64,000 bases of DNA from Magallana gigas (lineage: Eukaryota). The notes under the pieces were generated by a model. It made no database searches and was not told where the DNA came from. It worked only from the letters and a program-made list of their open reading frames with translations. The position numbers and the translations under genes are program-made. Within the stretch, counting starts at the first letter, position 1. The number at the start of each line of letters is the position of its first letter. Shown here in pieces: positions 63,554 through 64,000 of the stretch. The stretch covers positions 16,244,001 through 16,308,000 of the forward strand of contig NC_088861.1 in the NCBI RefSeq assembly GCF_963853765.1, written 5' to 3'.

Positions 63554-63973
63554 ATGCAACTTGGGATAATTTGTATAATTCTTGGCATTGTGATTTATCT
63601 ACATAAACTTCAATTTGTAAGATTTTATCCACCAAACAGTCATAAAAATCCTTTAGAATAATGTCTCGTCTACAGAATGAAATCTTCAGTAATATTGAAT
63701 TTTAATAATGCATGAATGTTGCAACAATATTGTTATACCTTCTCTAGGCATTCGGCGGAATAATCTGTCCGTGGTCAAGGTACACATCAGAAAAAGTTGC
63801 TTCTTGTCCTGAAAGCCAGAATGAGGCGGAAGTCAGGGCAAAGGAGAAAAACTGTGAATCAATAAATCACAAACAAAATTGTACATCGCCAGAGAAAATT
63901 AAGTATCACTGTGTCATAAACGAGCTCGAAAATGCTTTTATTGAAGTTTGTGCACCCGAATATCTCATACATG
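63554..63973 (+). CDS. Uncharacterised Cys-rich secreted/membrane protein, copy B (5' part, runs off the window)
   Basis: Exon 63554-63616 (MQLGIICIILGIVIYLHKLQF) and exon 63748-63973 (226 nt, same size and phases as copy A exon 2; 38/76 identical residues including 6 Cys). Confidence 0.85.
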
Positions 63974-64000
63974 GTACGTGTTCAGGTCTTAACAAAGGAA

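Overview
AT-rich, intron-containing eukaryotic DNA, most likely an oyster (Crassostrea/Magallana-type). That assignment is inferred from a ~166-bp satellite inside Helentron-like non-autonomous elements and from bivalve-type gene families; no database search was run. Contents in order: (1) three tandem GT14 beta-1,6-GlcNAc-transferase (GCNT-like) genes at 1-18.9 kb, the third with a 5-bp frameshifting duplication; (2) a small EGF-like single-pass receptor gene with cytoplasmic Tyr motifs at 23.3-24.3 kb; (3) a very young 8.3-kb Ty3/Gypsy LTR retrotransposon (24770-33067) with near-identical LTRs, TCCG target-site duplication (TSD), intact gag and pol, a clear -1 frameshift signal and a broken env-like third ORF; (4) two paralogous genes of an uncharacterised Cys-rich membrane-protein family at 36.7-42.3 kb and 63.5 kb onward; (5) a decayed Crypton-type tyrosine-recombinase element, many MITEs, long foldback hairpins and a weak candidate minus-strand spliced transcript. 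Exon models were read by eye from splice signals and frame continuity. Single-base indels could be assembly errors.
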